Positions 23,248-35,297 of a stretch of 64,000 bases of DNA are shown here, one piece after another. Source of the DNA: Heterodontus francisci (lineage: Eukaryota); contig NW_027142279.1 in assembly GCF_036365525.1 (NCBI RefSeq), forward strand, positions 806,001 to 870,000. The letters run 5' to 3'. Under the pieces are notes generated by a model, which saw only the letters and a list, made by a program, of their open reading frames with translations, made no database searches and had not been told where the DNA came from. Numbering within the stretch: the first letter of the stretch is position 1; every line of letters begins with the position of its first letter. The position numbers and the translations under genes are program-made.

Positions 23248-24634
23248 ACACTTGTGCTCTTCTGAACTCGCTGTCAGGAGGCAGGTGTCCCAGAGATGAA
23301 GTTATCTGGAGAGGGATCTCGCCTTTGAACAGTGTGAAACAGCGCTCAGATGGTTAAGGGTTCCGAGCTGAGTTAGTTCCTGTTCATTGGGGGGTTGTTC
23401 GCCTCTGTGTAGTGAAGGTTAGAGGGAGATTAACCAGACTGGTACCAGGGATGAGGGAGTTCAATTACTGTGGAGAGACTGGAGAAGCTGGGGGTTTCTC
23501 TCCTGAGAGCAGAGAAGGTTAATGGTAGATGTGATACAGATATTGAAGATGATAAAAGATTTTGATAGATAATTGATGACAAACCACATCATCTACTGGT
23601 CAATGTATAGAAAATCCCGGAAATGATGGTCATTCATTATATTAGTGCAGCATGTTTAATTAGTTCATACAAAGTGTAATCACCTAAAGATAGAGTTGAA
23701 TAGATAGAGAGACAGAGAGATAGATCACCAGGTAGAGAGATAGATTGGTATCGAGAGAGGTAGAGAAATAGAGAGTTGGAAGGAAAGTCAGACAGGTAGA
23801 GAAATAGCGAGCTACATGGAGAGACAGTCACTGCCCCTGTAAAAGACAGGAATGTTAATTCGCATTCTACCATTTTACGCCAGCTTTGCAGCCAGTGGTA
23901 GAGTGGGGAATAGAGAGAGAGGGAGCGAGAGAGATGGAGAGAGTGGGATGGAGAGAGAGGGATGGAGACAGAGGGATGGTTAGAGAGGAATGGAGAGAGA
24001 GGGATGGAGAGAGAGGGATGGAGCGAGAGGGATGGAGAGAGGGAGCGACAGAAAGTTATTGATAAGTCACGAACTCATTGAAGGGCGGAGTGTTTTCGAG
24101 GTGATGAATGTTCTCCTTGTGTTCCCAGGTCACTGTTAAACTGTGTTCCAGACTCTGATGTTTATCATGGTCCAACAGCGCACTCTGCTGTCCCTTTGGA
24201 GAAAGAAAACGCAGTGAAATAAAACCACACCGTATCTATCTATCTGTCTATCTGACTGTCTGTCTGTCTGTCTGTTTTTATCTGATCTTCATTTCAGATA
24301 TTAAAATCTTTAATAATCTCCCTTAGACCGCTTAAAGTTTACTCTTGTCTTCTCCTTTCTGGAGAAATAATCCCCCGATGTTCAAACTTTCTTGATAACT
24401 TTAACCTCTGTGTTCTGATATCATTCCTGTAAAGTCTATTTCACAATTCCCCTGTGTTTCAATATCTAACCACTCAATTTCTATTTAAATCCGCCCTGTC
24501 TTCTTGTGAAAAACATGTTCCCAATGATAAAAACACCCAACAGGACGCAGCACCGCCTGGTTTTATCTGAAACAGGTATTTCCTGCTGCCTTTGGGGTTT
24601 TTCTTGAACTGCTCCATCGCTCTGAGTCACTGTG

Positions 24635-25090
24635 AAGACTCCAGGCACAGAAATACACGGCCGAGTGATTCTCCGACAGGCTGGAGGTCTCCAGGTTGAA
24701 CTCGTACTCATTCGGTCTCTCAGCGGTGAAACCATCCACCGTCCCCTCTGGATCCACATAGTTAGCAGTATTGGAGTAAAACATCAACAGCGGCTCCTTC
24801 CCCGGCTCTTGTCTGTACCAGTACATGTTGAAGTTACTGCGGCTCCCCTCCACAGTGCACCTCAGTTCCACTCCTTTCCCGGGAAATCTGGAGACAGCGG
24901 CGGGAGTCTGGCGGATAGTCTGTGAGTTCACATCTGGGAGAGAGATGGAGAGAGGAGGAGATCAGTAAACAGGGAACATCTGGGAATGAAAGGGAGACAG
25001 GGAGAGGAGAGGAAGGTTATTAACGATAATCTTTGTATTTCATACTCACTTACAATGAAATAGGATTATCAGACACAGTAACTGATACAT
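24635..25090 (-). CDS. TRBV: TCR V segment, family D (TRBV30-like), apparently functional (leader 25054-25090, V exon 24635-24933)
   Basis: Leader MYQLLCLIILFH with GTAAGT donor. V: SQTIRQTP..LRCTVEG..WYRQ..NHSAVYFCAWS. RSS CACAGTG(24628-24634), 23-bp spacer, AGAAAAACC(24596-24604). Confidence 0.92.
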
Positions 25091-25169
25091 CTTTCACTTC
25101 AACTTGTTCTCTTAATAGACACAGGAGTGAGATCAGGAGCTTAGACTCTTGTGAGGGTCCAAATCCACT

Positions 25170-25245
25170 CTTTACAAATCATTGGGAGGAACATGAAGAG
25201 CATTAGGAAGTGATACAATGTTGGAGACGCCCATTCCCCCAGGTC
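25170..25245 (-). promoter_or_regulatory. Conserved family-D promoter block (Ets-like AGGAAG, AGTGAT decamer-like, TGACG half-site in some copies)
   Basis: tttacaaatcattgggaggaac..cattaggaagtgat(a/g)ca recurs ~80-150 bp upstream of the ATG in most family-D genes (26810, 29085, 33675, 35820, 45695, 52315, 53385, 55660, 58385). Confidence 0.55.
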
Positions 25246-25277
25246 AACAAATCAGAATTGAATTGGCTGCCAATCTG

Positions 25278-25326
<49 letters not shown>

Positions 25327-26245
25327 CTATCAGAGTTTACCTTCCGCTCTCTTGCACTCCCTCTCTGTCTCTCTCTCTCTCTCACCTCATGTGTCTCGGG
25401 ATATGTCTCCCACTCTCTTCCTTTCTTAGACTCTCTCTCCCTCTCTATCTCAGTCTATCTTCACTCACTTTCTCTCTCTGACTCTCCCTCTCTCCTCATA
25501 TATCTAAGGTTATGTCTCCCATTCTCTCCTTCTCTCTGACTCTCCCTCTCTCATACTCTTGTTATCTCTTTAGTTATTTCCCTTTCTCTGCCTCTCTCTA
25601 GATCTATCTCCCTATCCATCGCAGGCTCTTTATCACAGTCTCTCTTTCTCTCCGTCTCTCTCTCATTATGTGTCTCTTGCTGTCTCACTGTCTTTGCCTC
25701 TATCTCCGTCTCCCTCTCTGTCTCAGTCACTTTAACTCTGTCTGTCGTTTTTCCTCTCACTCACTGAACCTCGCTCTCTCTTTCACACACATGCACTCTC
25801 GTTCTCTCTCTAAAGGAGTGGGTGTCCTTGTCCTGCTAATGTGTATCAAGCTGGATCGACATGATCTCCTGCTATCTTAGTTGTCTCACTAAATCCTTCT
25901 CAAAGCCATTGTCTGGTCCATGGTCCTGGATCCCCCTCTGCTGTCCCTGTGGAGAAGGTAAACACAGGGTCAGTGCATAAAAACCCAGATTATTGCCATT
26001 GATTCCTGATAGTTACATTCTGAGATCTCGTGACATCCTCATTAATCATTCATTGCACCCTCAGCAGTACCTGTTAATCTAGTGTGTCACTACAATCATA
26101 ACTCAACTCTTTTTTTTGTAACAAACACTTTCACTCTGCATAAGGAAACAACAGGTAGAGGCACCGAACGGTTTTATCCCCCACAGGTGTTTCCTGCTGC
26201 CTTTGGGATTTTTGTTGAACTGCTCCATCTCTCTGAGTCACTGTG

Positions 26246-26730
26246 GTCTTTCCAGGCACAGAAATACACGGCCGAGTGATTCTCCCACAGGCTGGAGGAC
26301 TCCAGGTTGAACTTGGAGTCAGTCGGTCACTCGGCGGTGAAACCCTCCACCGTCCCCTCTGAGTCCACCCTTTGTGCAGTTAGGGAGTAAAACATCAGTT
26401 GCAGCTCCTTCCCCGGGTATTGTCTGTACCAGTACATGTAAGGGTTCCTGGTGCCATCCACGGTGCATTTCAGCTTCACCTGCTCCTCAGAACATCTGGA
26501 GACAGTGGCGGGAGTCTGGAGGATAGTCTGTGAGTTCACATCTGGGAAAGAGACAGGGAAAGGAGGAGATCAGTATACAGGGAAATTCAGTCCAGTGGGG
26601 AGAGAGAAAGAGAGAGAAGGAGAGAACGAAATAAATAAAAACATATCCTAAAGAAATGTTAAGTAGAATTATTGTTTCAATAAAATCCCTTACGGTGAAA
26701 CAGGGTGATCAGAGTCAGTAACAGATACAT
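26246..26730 (-). pseudogene. Family-D V pseudogene with an in-frame TGA in FR3
   Basis: TAE*PTD stop at 26327-26329, where paralog 52820-53304 has Arg. Leader 26694-26730. RSS CACAGTG(26239-26245), 23-bp spacer, ACAAAAATC. Confidence 0.88.
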
Positions 26731-27479
26731 CTTTTACTTTAAGCTGCCTTCTGAATCTGCAAAGGGGAGACAGCAGGAGTGATGAGTGTTGTCAATAACC
26801 AACCCACTCTTTACAAATCATTGGGAGGAACAGGGAGAGCATTAGGAAGTGATGCAGAGATGGTGACGTTCATTTCCCACATCAACAAATGAGAATCGAG
26901 TTGGTTGCCAATGTCCCACTTTCTCTCTCTCTCTCTGTCTCTCCCTGTCCTTTACTTGTGGTGCTCCTTTCTTCCTCTCTGTCTCTCTTCTATGCCTCCC
27001 TATATGTCTCAGTCTGTTTATTTCAGACTCTCTCTCACAGATACACACACATTAGGTCTCTCTCTCTGTCTTTGTTTGTCTCTCTCGCTGTGTGTGTGTC
27101 TCTCTCTCTCTCTCTTTGTCTCTCTAAGGATGTGGATTTCCTTCTCCTGGTCATGTATATCAACCTGGAGGACTGTATGTTCTCTCACTGTTTCAGTTTT
27201 CCTGTGAACTCCTTCTCAAAAACCATTGTACATCACATGGTCCTAGAGCTTCCTCAGCTGTCCCTGTGGTCAAAACATAAACAGTGTCAGTCTATAACGG
27301 CCCCAGTCCTTTTATTGTTATTCTTTCCTGATAGTTACAATCCTGAGATCACGGGATATTCTTATTCAATGAGTTGGAAGATGAATGGGCACGGATACAA
27401 AGCTGTGCATGTGTGTGCGTGTGTTTTTCACTCGCTCTGTCTTTAGTTCACTGTCTCCCTCTGTTTTAGTGCTTACTGT

Positions 27480-28090
27480 CTTTCTCTCCCTGTCTCATTC
27501 TGTGTGTGTGTGTGTCTGTCACCCAATCTGTCTCACTCTCTTCCTCTGTGTTTTTTTTGCTTTTCTCTCGCACTTCCTTCTTCCCCCTCTCTGTCCTCCT
27601 CTCTCTCCTCTGTCTGTCTCTATGTCTCAGTCGCTTTCCCTCAGTCGCTTTCTCTCAGTCTCTCTCTCTCAGTCTCTCTCTCTCAGTCTCTCTAACGCTC
27701 TCTCTCTCTGTCCCTCTCTCACTCTCTGTCTCGCTCTGTCGCTCAGTCTCTCTCTCTGTCTCTCTGTCTCAGTGTCTCTGTCTCAGTCTCTTCCTCTGTG
27801 TTTTTTGTTTTCCCTCTCGCTCTTTCTTGTTCCCCCTCTCTGTCCTCCTCGCTCTCCTCTCTCTTCTCCTCTCTGTCTCAATCTCTCTTTCTCAGTCTCT
27901 CTCTCAGTCTCTCTCTGTCTCAGGCTCAGTCTCTCTGTCTCTTTGTCTCAGTCTATCTGTCCCAGTCTCTGTCTCTCTGTCTCAGTCTCTCTGTCGCTGT
28001 CAGTTTTCCTCTCAATCTTGTTCTATCCCTCTCTCACACACTCGGTCTCCTTCTCTTTGTCTCTCTCGTTGAGTGTGTGTGTATCCCTCT
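27480..28090. repeat. CT-rich low-complexity tract (similar tracts at 25280-25810, 54060-54670, 58495-59000)
   Basis: Degenerate (TC)n; source of the spurious Ser/Leu-rich ORFs. Confidence 0.85.
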
Positions 28091-28529
28091 CGAAGGTGAT
28101 GAATGTGCTTCTCCTGTCAATGTGTATGAAGCTCGAGGGCTGTATGATCTCTGCCTCTTTCTGTTTTCCTATTAAATGTTTGCCAGGCCATTGTGTATTC
28201 ATGGTCCTAGAGCACCCTCTGTTAACCCTACAGAGGAGGAAAACTCAGTGTCAATGCAGAAGAACTCAAGTCGTTTTATAATTGATCTTTCCTGATAGTT
28301 AGAACCTCAGATCTCGTGTTATCCTTGTCAATTGTTCTTAGCACATTCTCTACTACCTGTATATCTAATCTCTCACTACCACTCTGACCCATCTCTTCTT
28401 GTTATCATAAACACTTTCGCTCTGCAAAACAAAAGAAATTCGAGGCTTCGGGCAGTTTTACCCTCCACAGGTGTTTCCTGCTGCCTTTGGGGTTTTTGTT
28501 GAACTGCTCCAACTCTCTGAGTCACTGTA

Positions 28530-29006
28530 ATCTCTCCAGGTACAGAAATACACTGCCGTGTGATTCTTCCGCAGGCTGGAGGGCTCCAGATTGAACTGGG
28601 AGCTAGTCAGTCTCTCGGCGGTGAAACCGTCCACCGCCTTCTCCGGATTTATGTGATCAGTACCTGTGGAGTAAAACATAAACTGTGGCTCCTTCCCCGG
28701 GTATTGTCTGTACCAGAACATGTCAGGGTTACTGCTGCCCTGCACGGTGCATTTCAGCTTCACCTGCTGCTCAGAAAATTTGGAGACAGCGGCGGGAGTC
28801 TGGTGGATAGTCTGTGTGTTCACATCTGGGAAAGAGACATGGAGAGGAGGAGATCAGTAAACAGGGAACTTCAGTCCAGTGGGAGAGAGAAAGAGAGAAA
28901 TAAATAAATAAAAACATCACCTAAAGAAATGTTAAGTAGAATTATTGTTTCAATAAAATGCCTTACGGTGAAACAGGTTGATCAGAGTCAGTAACGGATA
29001 CATCAT
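28530..29006 (-). CDS. TRBV: Family-D V, open frame but defective RSS heptamer (TACAGTG)
   Basis: Leader 28967-29003/29006; V exon 28530-28825 open to YFCTWR. Heptamer TACAGTG(28523-28529), 23-bp spacer, ACAAAAACC(28491-28499). Confidence 0.85.
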
Positions 29007-29609
29007 TTACTTTAAGCTGCCCTCTGAATCAGCAAAGGGGAGAGAGCAGGAGCGATGAGTGTTGTCAATAACCAACCCACTCTTTACAAATCATTGGGAG
29101 GAACAGGAAGGGCATTAGGAAGTGATGCAGAGATGGTGACGCCCAGGTAAACAAGTCAGAGTGGAGTAGGTTGACAATGTCTCTCTCTCTCTCTCTATTT
29201 GCATATATCCAGCTTTATGTCTACAACTCTTTCACTCTCTTTCTCTCTCTGTATCTGTGTGTGTTTGTGTGTGTGTGCATCTTTCTGTCTCTGTCTCCCT
29301 CTGTCCCGTTCATTTCCACTGAGCTTTTCCTCACGACGTCTCCCTGATTCACCCTCTCTGTCTCTATGTTTCATCACCGGATTGATTGAGAACCAGAGGT
29401 CATTTATTGAAGGTAATTGGCAGAAGATCCAAAGGTGAACTGAGGAAACGTTTTGACACAGTGAATGGTTAGGATCTGGAATGCACTACCTGAGAGTGCG
29501 GGGGAGGCAGATTCAATCGTGGCTTTCAAAAGGAATTTTGAATAATTATGTGTAAGGAAAATGTGCAGTGTTATGTAGAAAGGGCAGGGGGAGTGGGACC
29601 AGCTGCAGA

Positions 29610-30170
29610 GACCAAATACAGCAACAGGCTAACAGCATTGTGGAACATCCTGCATTCAGGCTGCAAGTGTGACCCTGAGATTCCGGTTAGCGGATACTTT
29701 TAATTCTCATTCCCACTCCCACCCTGACCTCTCTGTCCTCGACCTCCTTCTCTGCTCCAGTGAAGCTCAACAGAAACTCGAAGAAAAGCACCTCATCTTT
29801 CAATTGGATTCTTTACAGCTTTCTGGGCTCAACAGTGAGTTAAACAATTTCTGATCGTAACCACTGCTCCGGTTTATATGGGCAGAGGTTTGTTGGTAAT
29901 GATTGTGTTTCTGCCATTTCCATCTCCACTAGACCCATCTCTTGTTCTTTACTTGACCCATTAACATCCCCTTTGTCTTGCACCAGCCTTAGTTTTGTTA
30001 TTAAATCTCTCCTGCATTCCTCCGATTCTCCCTCTCCCTGGCTTTGTGCTGCTTAAAAGTTGATAGACCTCTAAATCCTTCCAGTTCTGCTGAATGATCT
30101 AGGACCTGATATGTTAATTTTTCCCCCTCCACAGAGGCTGTCTGACCTGATTAGTATTTCCATCCTTATT
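29610..30170 (+). mobile_element. Penelope-like element 3' fragment (GIY-YIG C-terminus plus UTR), preceded by a CR1 3' fragment at 29370-29600; paralog at 56190-56750
   Basis: FNSHSHSHPDLSVL..KLEEKHLIFQLDSLQLSGLNSELNNF resembles the Penelope endonuclease tail. Confidence 0.6.
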
Positions 30171-30804
30171 TATTTATAACCCAGAAACGCAATGAGCACC
30201 AATATAGTGACAGAGCCCCAAGAACCTAAACCATCCAGCATCTGCGGTATCTTGTGTTCAGTTCACCAGACTGTAACCGGGATGTATTTCTATAATTATC
30301 AGGAGAGGTTCATAGACAAGTTTCAAAGTCCCTATTGAAACATCATCAATAATCTGATACTTATCACGGTCCTACACCGCCCTCTGCTGTCCCTTTGGAT
30401 AAAGACAACACAGTCGGTGAATAAAACACAACAGTGTCTGTCTGCCTGCCAGCTATCTATCGACCTATCTCCCTAGCTATCTGATCTTCACTTCACACAT
30501 TAAACCCTTTCATAATCTTTCTAAGAACTATGAATGTTCAGCCTTCAGACTTCTCCTTTCTGGAGCAAAGATGTTCAAACTATCTTTGTTCCGATATCAT
30601 TCCTGTCAAGTCTATTTCACAATTCCCCTGTGCTTCTATATCTAACCTCTCACTTTCTGTTTAAATCCGCCCTGTCTTCTTGTGAAAAACACTTTTCCAA
30701 TGCCAAAAACAACCAACAGGACGCAGCACAGCCTGGTTTTATCTGAAACAGGTGTTTCCTGCTGCCTTTGGGGTTTTTGTTGAACTGCTCCATCTCTCAC
30801 TGTG

Positions 30805-31260
30805 AAGACTCCAGGCACAGAAATACACGGCCGAGTGATTCTCACGCAGGCTGGAGGACTCCAGTTTGAACTCGTACTTATTAATTTTCTCGGCGGTAAA
30901 ACCTTTCCCCGTCCCCTCTGGATCCACATAGTTAGCAGTACTGGAGTAAAACATCAACAGCGGCTCCTTCCCCGGGTGTTGTCTGTATCAGTACATGGAG
31001 ATGCTACTGCTGCTCCCCTTGACAGTGCACATCAGTTCTACTCCTTTCCCGGGAAATCTGGAGACAGCGGCGGGAGTCTGGTGGATAGTCTGTGAGTTCA
31101 CATCTGGGACAGAGATGGACAGAGGAGGAGATCAGTAAGCAGGGAATTTCTGGGAATGAAAGGGAGACAGGGAGAGGAGAGGAAGGTTATTAACAATAAT
31201 CTTTGCAATTCATACTCACTTACAGTGAAACAGGATTATCAGACCCAGTAACAGATACAT
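30805..31260 (-). pseudogene. Family-D V pseudogene (conserved Trp changed to TGA, 17-bp RSS spacer, promoter deleted)
   Basis: MY*YRQ stop at 30988-30990. Heptamer 30798-30804 and nonamer 30772-30780 are separated by 17 nt. Leader 31224-31260. Confidence 0.9.
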
Positions 31261-31377
31261 CTTTCACTGTAACTTGTTCTCTTAATAGACACAGGAGTGA
31301 CAGTAGGAGCTTAGAGTCTTGTGAAGGTCCAAATCCACTCTTTACAAATCTTTCCTGCTGCCTTTGGTGTTTTTGTT

Positions 31378-33007
31378 ATTAGAATTAGAATTAGAACATT
31401 ACAGCGCAGTACAGGCCCTTCGGCCCTCGATGTTGCACCGACCTGTGAAACCATCTGACCTACACTATTCCATTTTCATCCATATGTCTATCCAATGACC
31501 ACTTAAATGCCCTTAAAGTTGGCGAGTCTACTTCTGTTGCAGGCAGGGCGTTCCACGCCCCTACTACTCTCTGAGTAAAGAAACTACCTCTGACATCTGT
31601 CCTATATCTATCACCCCTCAACTTAAAGCTATGTTCCCTCGTGTTTGCCATCACCATCCGAGGAAAAATACTCTCACTATCCACCCTATCTAACCCTCTG
31701 ATTATCTTATATGTCTCTATTAAGTCACCTCTCCTCCTCCTTCTCTCCAACGAAAGCAACCTCAAGTCCCTCAACATTTCCTCGTAGGACCTTCCCTCCA
31801 TACCAGGCAACATCCTAGTAAATCTCCTCTGCACCCTTTCCAAAGCTTCCACATCCTTCTTCTAATGCGGTGACCAGAACTGCACGCAATACTCCAGGTG
31901 CAGTCTCACCAGAGTTTTGTACAGCTGCAGCATGACCTCGTGGCTCCGAAACTCGATCCCCCTACTAATAAAAGCTAACACACCATATGCCTTCTTAACA
32001 GCCCTATTAACCTGGGTAGCAACCTTCAGGGATTTATGCACCTGGACACCAAGATCTCTCTGTTCATCTACACTACCAAGAATCTTCCATTAGCCCAGTA
32101 CTCTGCATTCCTGTTACTCCTTCCAAAGTGAATCACCTCGCACTTTTCCGCATTAAACTCCATTTGCCATCTCTCAGCCCAGCTCTGCAGCCTATCTATG
32201 TCCCGCTGTACCCTACAACATCCTTCGGCACTATCCACAACTCCACCGACCTTAGTGTCATCTGCAAATTTACTAACCCACCCTTCTACACCCTCTTCCA
32301 GGTCATTTATAAAAATGACAAACAGCAGTGGCCCCAAAACAGAACCTTGCGGTACACCACTAGTAACTAAACTCCAGGATGAACATTTGCCATCAACCAC
32401 CACCCTCTGTCTTCTTTCAGCGAGCCAATTTCTGATCCAAAGCTCGAAATCCCCTTCAACCCCATACTTCCGTATTTTCTGCAATAGCCTACCGTGGGGA
32501 ACCTTATCAAACGCCTTACTGAAATCCATATAGACCACATCCACGGCTTTACCCTCATCCACCTGTTTGGTCACCTTCTCGAAAAACTCAATAAGGTTTG
32601 TGAGGCACGACTTACCCGTCACAAAACCGTGCTGACTATCTCTAATGAACTTATTCTTATCAAGATGATTATAAATCCTGTCTCTTATAACCTTTTCCAA
32701 CATTTTACCCACAACCGAAGTAAGGCTCACAGGTCTATAATTACCAGGGCTGTCTCTACTCCCCTTCTTGAACAAGGGGACAACATTTGCTATCCTCCAG
32801 TCTTCCAGCACTATTCCTGTCGACAATGATGACATAAAGATCAAGGACAAAGTCTCTGCAATCTCCTCCCTGGCTTCCCAGAGAATCCTAGGATAAATCC
32901 CATCTGGCCCAGGGGACTTATCTATTTTCACACTTTCCAAAATTGCTAACACCTCCTCCTTGTGAACCTCAATCCCATCTAGCCGAGTAGCCTGAATCTC
33001 AGTATTG
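31378..33007 (-). mobile_element. Relatively young 5'-truncated CR1 LINE (RT domain to tail)
   Basis: Long open RT frame (KSPGPDGIYP, YRPVSLTS, YMDFSKAFDKVPH, GVPQGSVLGPLLF, KFADD); (TTCTAA)n tail at 31378-31396. Confidence 0.93.
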
Positions 33008-33122
33008 TTTCGCTCTGCTAAACGAAAGAAGTTCTCGGCTCCGAGCAGTTTTAAAGTCCACAGGTGTTTCCTGCTGCCTTTGGGGTTTTTGTTGAACTGC
33101 TCCATCTCTCTGAGTCACTGTG

Positions 33123-33595
33123 AAGACTCCAGGCACAGAAATACACGGCCGAGTGATCCTCCCGCAGGCTGGAGGACTCCAGGTTGAAGTCGAAGTTACT
33201 CGGTCTCTCGGCGGTGAAACCGTCCACCATCCCCTCTGATTTCACGTTTTGTGCAGCGATAGAGTAAAACATCATCTGCGGCTCCTTCCCCGGGTATTGT
33301 CTGTACCAGTACATGTATAGGATACTGGTGCTGCTGCGCTGCACGGTGCAGTTCAGTTCCACTCTCTCACCAGGCAATTTAGAGACAGCGGTGGGAGTCT
33401 GGTGGATAGTCTGTGAGTTCACATCTGGGAAAGAGACAGAGAGATCAGTAAACAGGGACATTCAGTGCCTTGGGGAGAGAGAAGAGAGAGAGAGAATCAA
33501 AAATAAATACAACGAAAGAAATGTTAAGTAGAATTATTGTTTCAATATAATCCCTTACGGTGAAACAGGGTGATCAGAGTCAGTAACAGATACAT
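33123..33595 (-). CDS. TRBV: TCR V segment, family D, apparently functional (leader 33559-33595, V exon 33123-33424)
   Basis: Leader MYLLLTLITLFH. V ends EDHSAVYFCAWS. Consensus RSS CACAGTG(33116-33122), 23-bp spacer, ACAAAAACC(33084-33092). Confidence 0.93.
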
Positions 33596-35297
33596 CTTTT
33601 ACTTTATGCTGCCCTCTGAATCAGCAAAGAGAAGAGAGCAGGAGTGATGAGTGTTGTCAATAACCAACCCACTCTTTGCAAATCATTGGGAGGAACAGGG
33701 AGAGCATTAGGAAGTGATGCAGAGATGGTGACGCCCAGGTCAACAAATTAGAGTGGAGTAGGTTGACAACGTCTCTCTCTCTATCTATCTCAATCCGCCT
33801 TCCTCTCTCTTTCTTACACTTTGTTTCTATCTCTCTCTCTCTCTCTCTCTCTGCATGTATCGAGCTTTATGTCTCCAACTCTTTCAATCTCTTTCTCACT
33901 CTGTATCTGTGTCTGTGTGTGTGTGTGTGAGTGTGTGTGTGTGTGTGTGTGTCGTTCTCTCTCTGTCTCCCTCTGTCCCGTTCATTTACGCTGAGTTTTT
34001 CCTCTCTATGTCTCCCTGATTCACCCTCTCTGTCTCTGTGTTTCATCACCGGATGTATTGAGTCCCTGTGCATTGGGGGTTGTTCCCCTCTGTGCAGTGA
34101 AGGTGAGAGGGATATTAACCAGACTGGTGCCAGGGATGAGGGACTTCAGTTACTGTGGAGAGACTGGAGAATGTGGGGGTTTCTCTACTTGCAGCACAGA
34201 AGGTTAATGGTAGATGTGATACAGACATTGAAGATCATAGAGGATTTTGATAGATAATTGATGACAAACCACATCATCGACTGGTCAATATATAGAAAAT
34301 CTCTGAAAAGATGGTCATTCATTACATTATTACAGTATGTTTAATCAGTTCATACAAACTGTAATCAGCTAAAGATAGAGTTAGATAGATAGCGAGAAAG
34401 AGCGATAGATAATCAGGTAGAGAGATAGATAGATAGACAGTCAGGTACACAGATAGATATATAGAGAGGTAGAGAAATACAGAGATAGAGGGAAAGTCAG
34501 ATAGGTAGAGATTTAGCGAGCTAGATAGAGAGGCAGTCACTGCCCATGTAAAAGACAGGGATGTTAATTGGCATTCTCTCATTTTACACCGGCTTTGTAG
34601 CGAGTGGGAGAGAGAGGGAGGGAGAGAGAGGGAGAGTGGGGATGGAGAAAGAGGGATGGCGAGAGGGGGAAAGAGGGGGATGGAGAGAGGGATGGAGAAA
34701 GAGCAATGGAGAGAGGGAGCGACAGGAAGTTATTGATCATTCCTGATCTCATTGAAGGTCGGAGTTTTTCCGAGGTGATGAATGGTCTCCTTGTGTTCCC
34801 AGGTCACTGTTAAAGTGTGTTGCAGACTCTGATGTTTATCATGGTCCTACAGTGCACTCTGCTGTCCCTTTGGAGAAAGGAAACACGTGANNNNNNNNNN
34901 NNNNNNNNNNNNNNNNNNNNNNNNNNNNNNNNNNNNNNNNNNNNNNNNNNNNNNNNNNNNNNNNNNNNNNNNNNNNNNNNNNNNNNNNNNNNNNNNNNNN
35001 NNNNNNNNNNNNNNNNNNNCAGTCTTCTCCTTTCTGGAGCAAAGATCCCCCAATGTTCAAATTAATCTTCATAACTTTAACCTCTGTGTTCATGTTAAGT
35101 GTATTTCGCAATTTCCCTGTTCTTCTTTCTAACCTGCGACCTTCTATTTAAATCCACCCTGTCTTCTTGCGGAAAACATGATCCCAATGATAAAAACACC
35201 CAACAGGACGCAGCACCGCCTGGTTTTATCTAAAACAGGTGTTTCCTGCTGCCTTTGGGGTTTTTATTGAACTGTTCCAATTCTCTGAGTCAGTGTG

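Larger units (their letters stand above)
18841..30450. repeat. Segmental duplication copy 1 (C,C,D,D,D V block); copy 2 at about 46490-57050
   Basis: Collinear V order and shared transposon fragments; heptamer offsets 27423, 27316, 27142, 26574 and 26579. Confidence 0.9.

Noticed and set aside
27385-28281. 298-aa Ser/Leu-rich ORF (and its copy at 53964-54860)
   Set aside because: A by-product of the CT low-complexity sequence.
32068-33105. 345-aa ORF as a V-RT fusion or an active reverse transcriptase gene
   Set aside because: Chance read-through from the RSS spacer into a 5'-truncated CR1; no endonuclease domain, and the frame breaks at ~32070.
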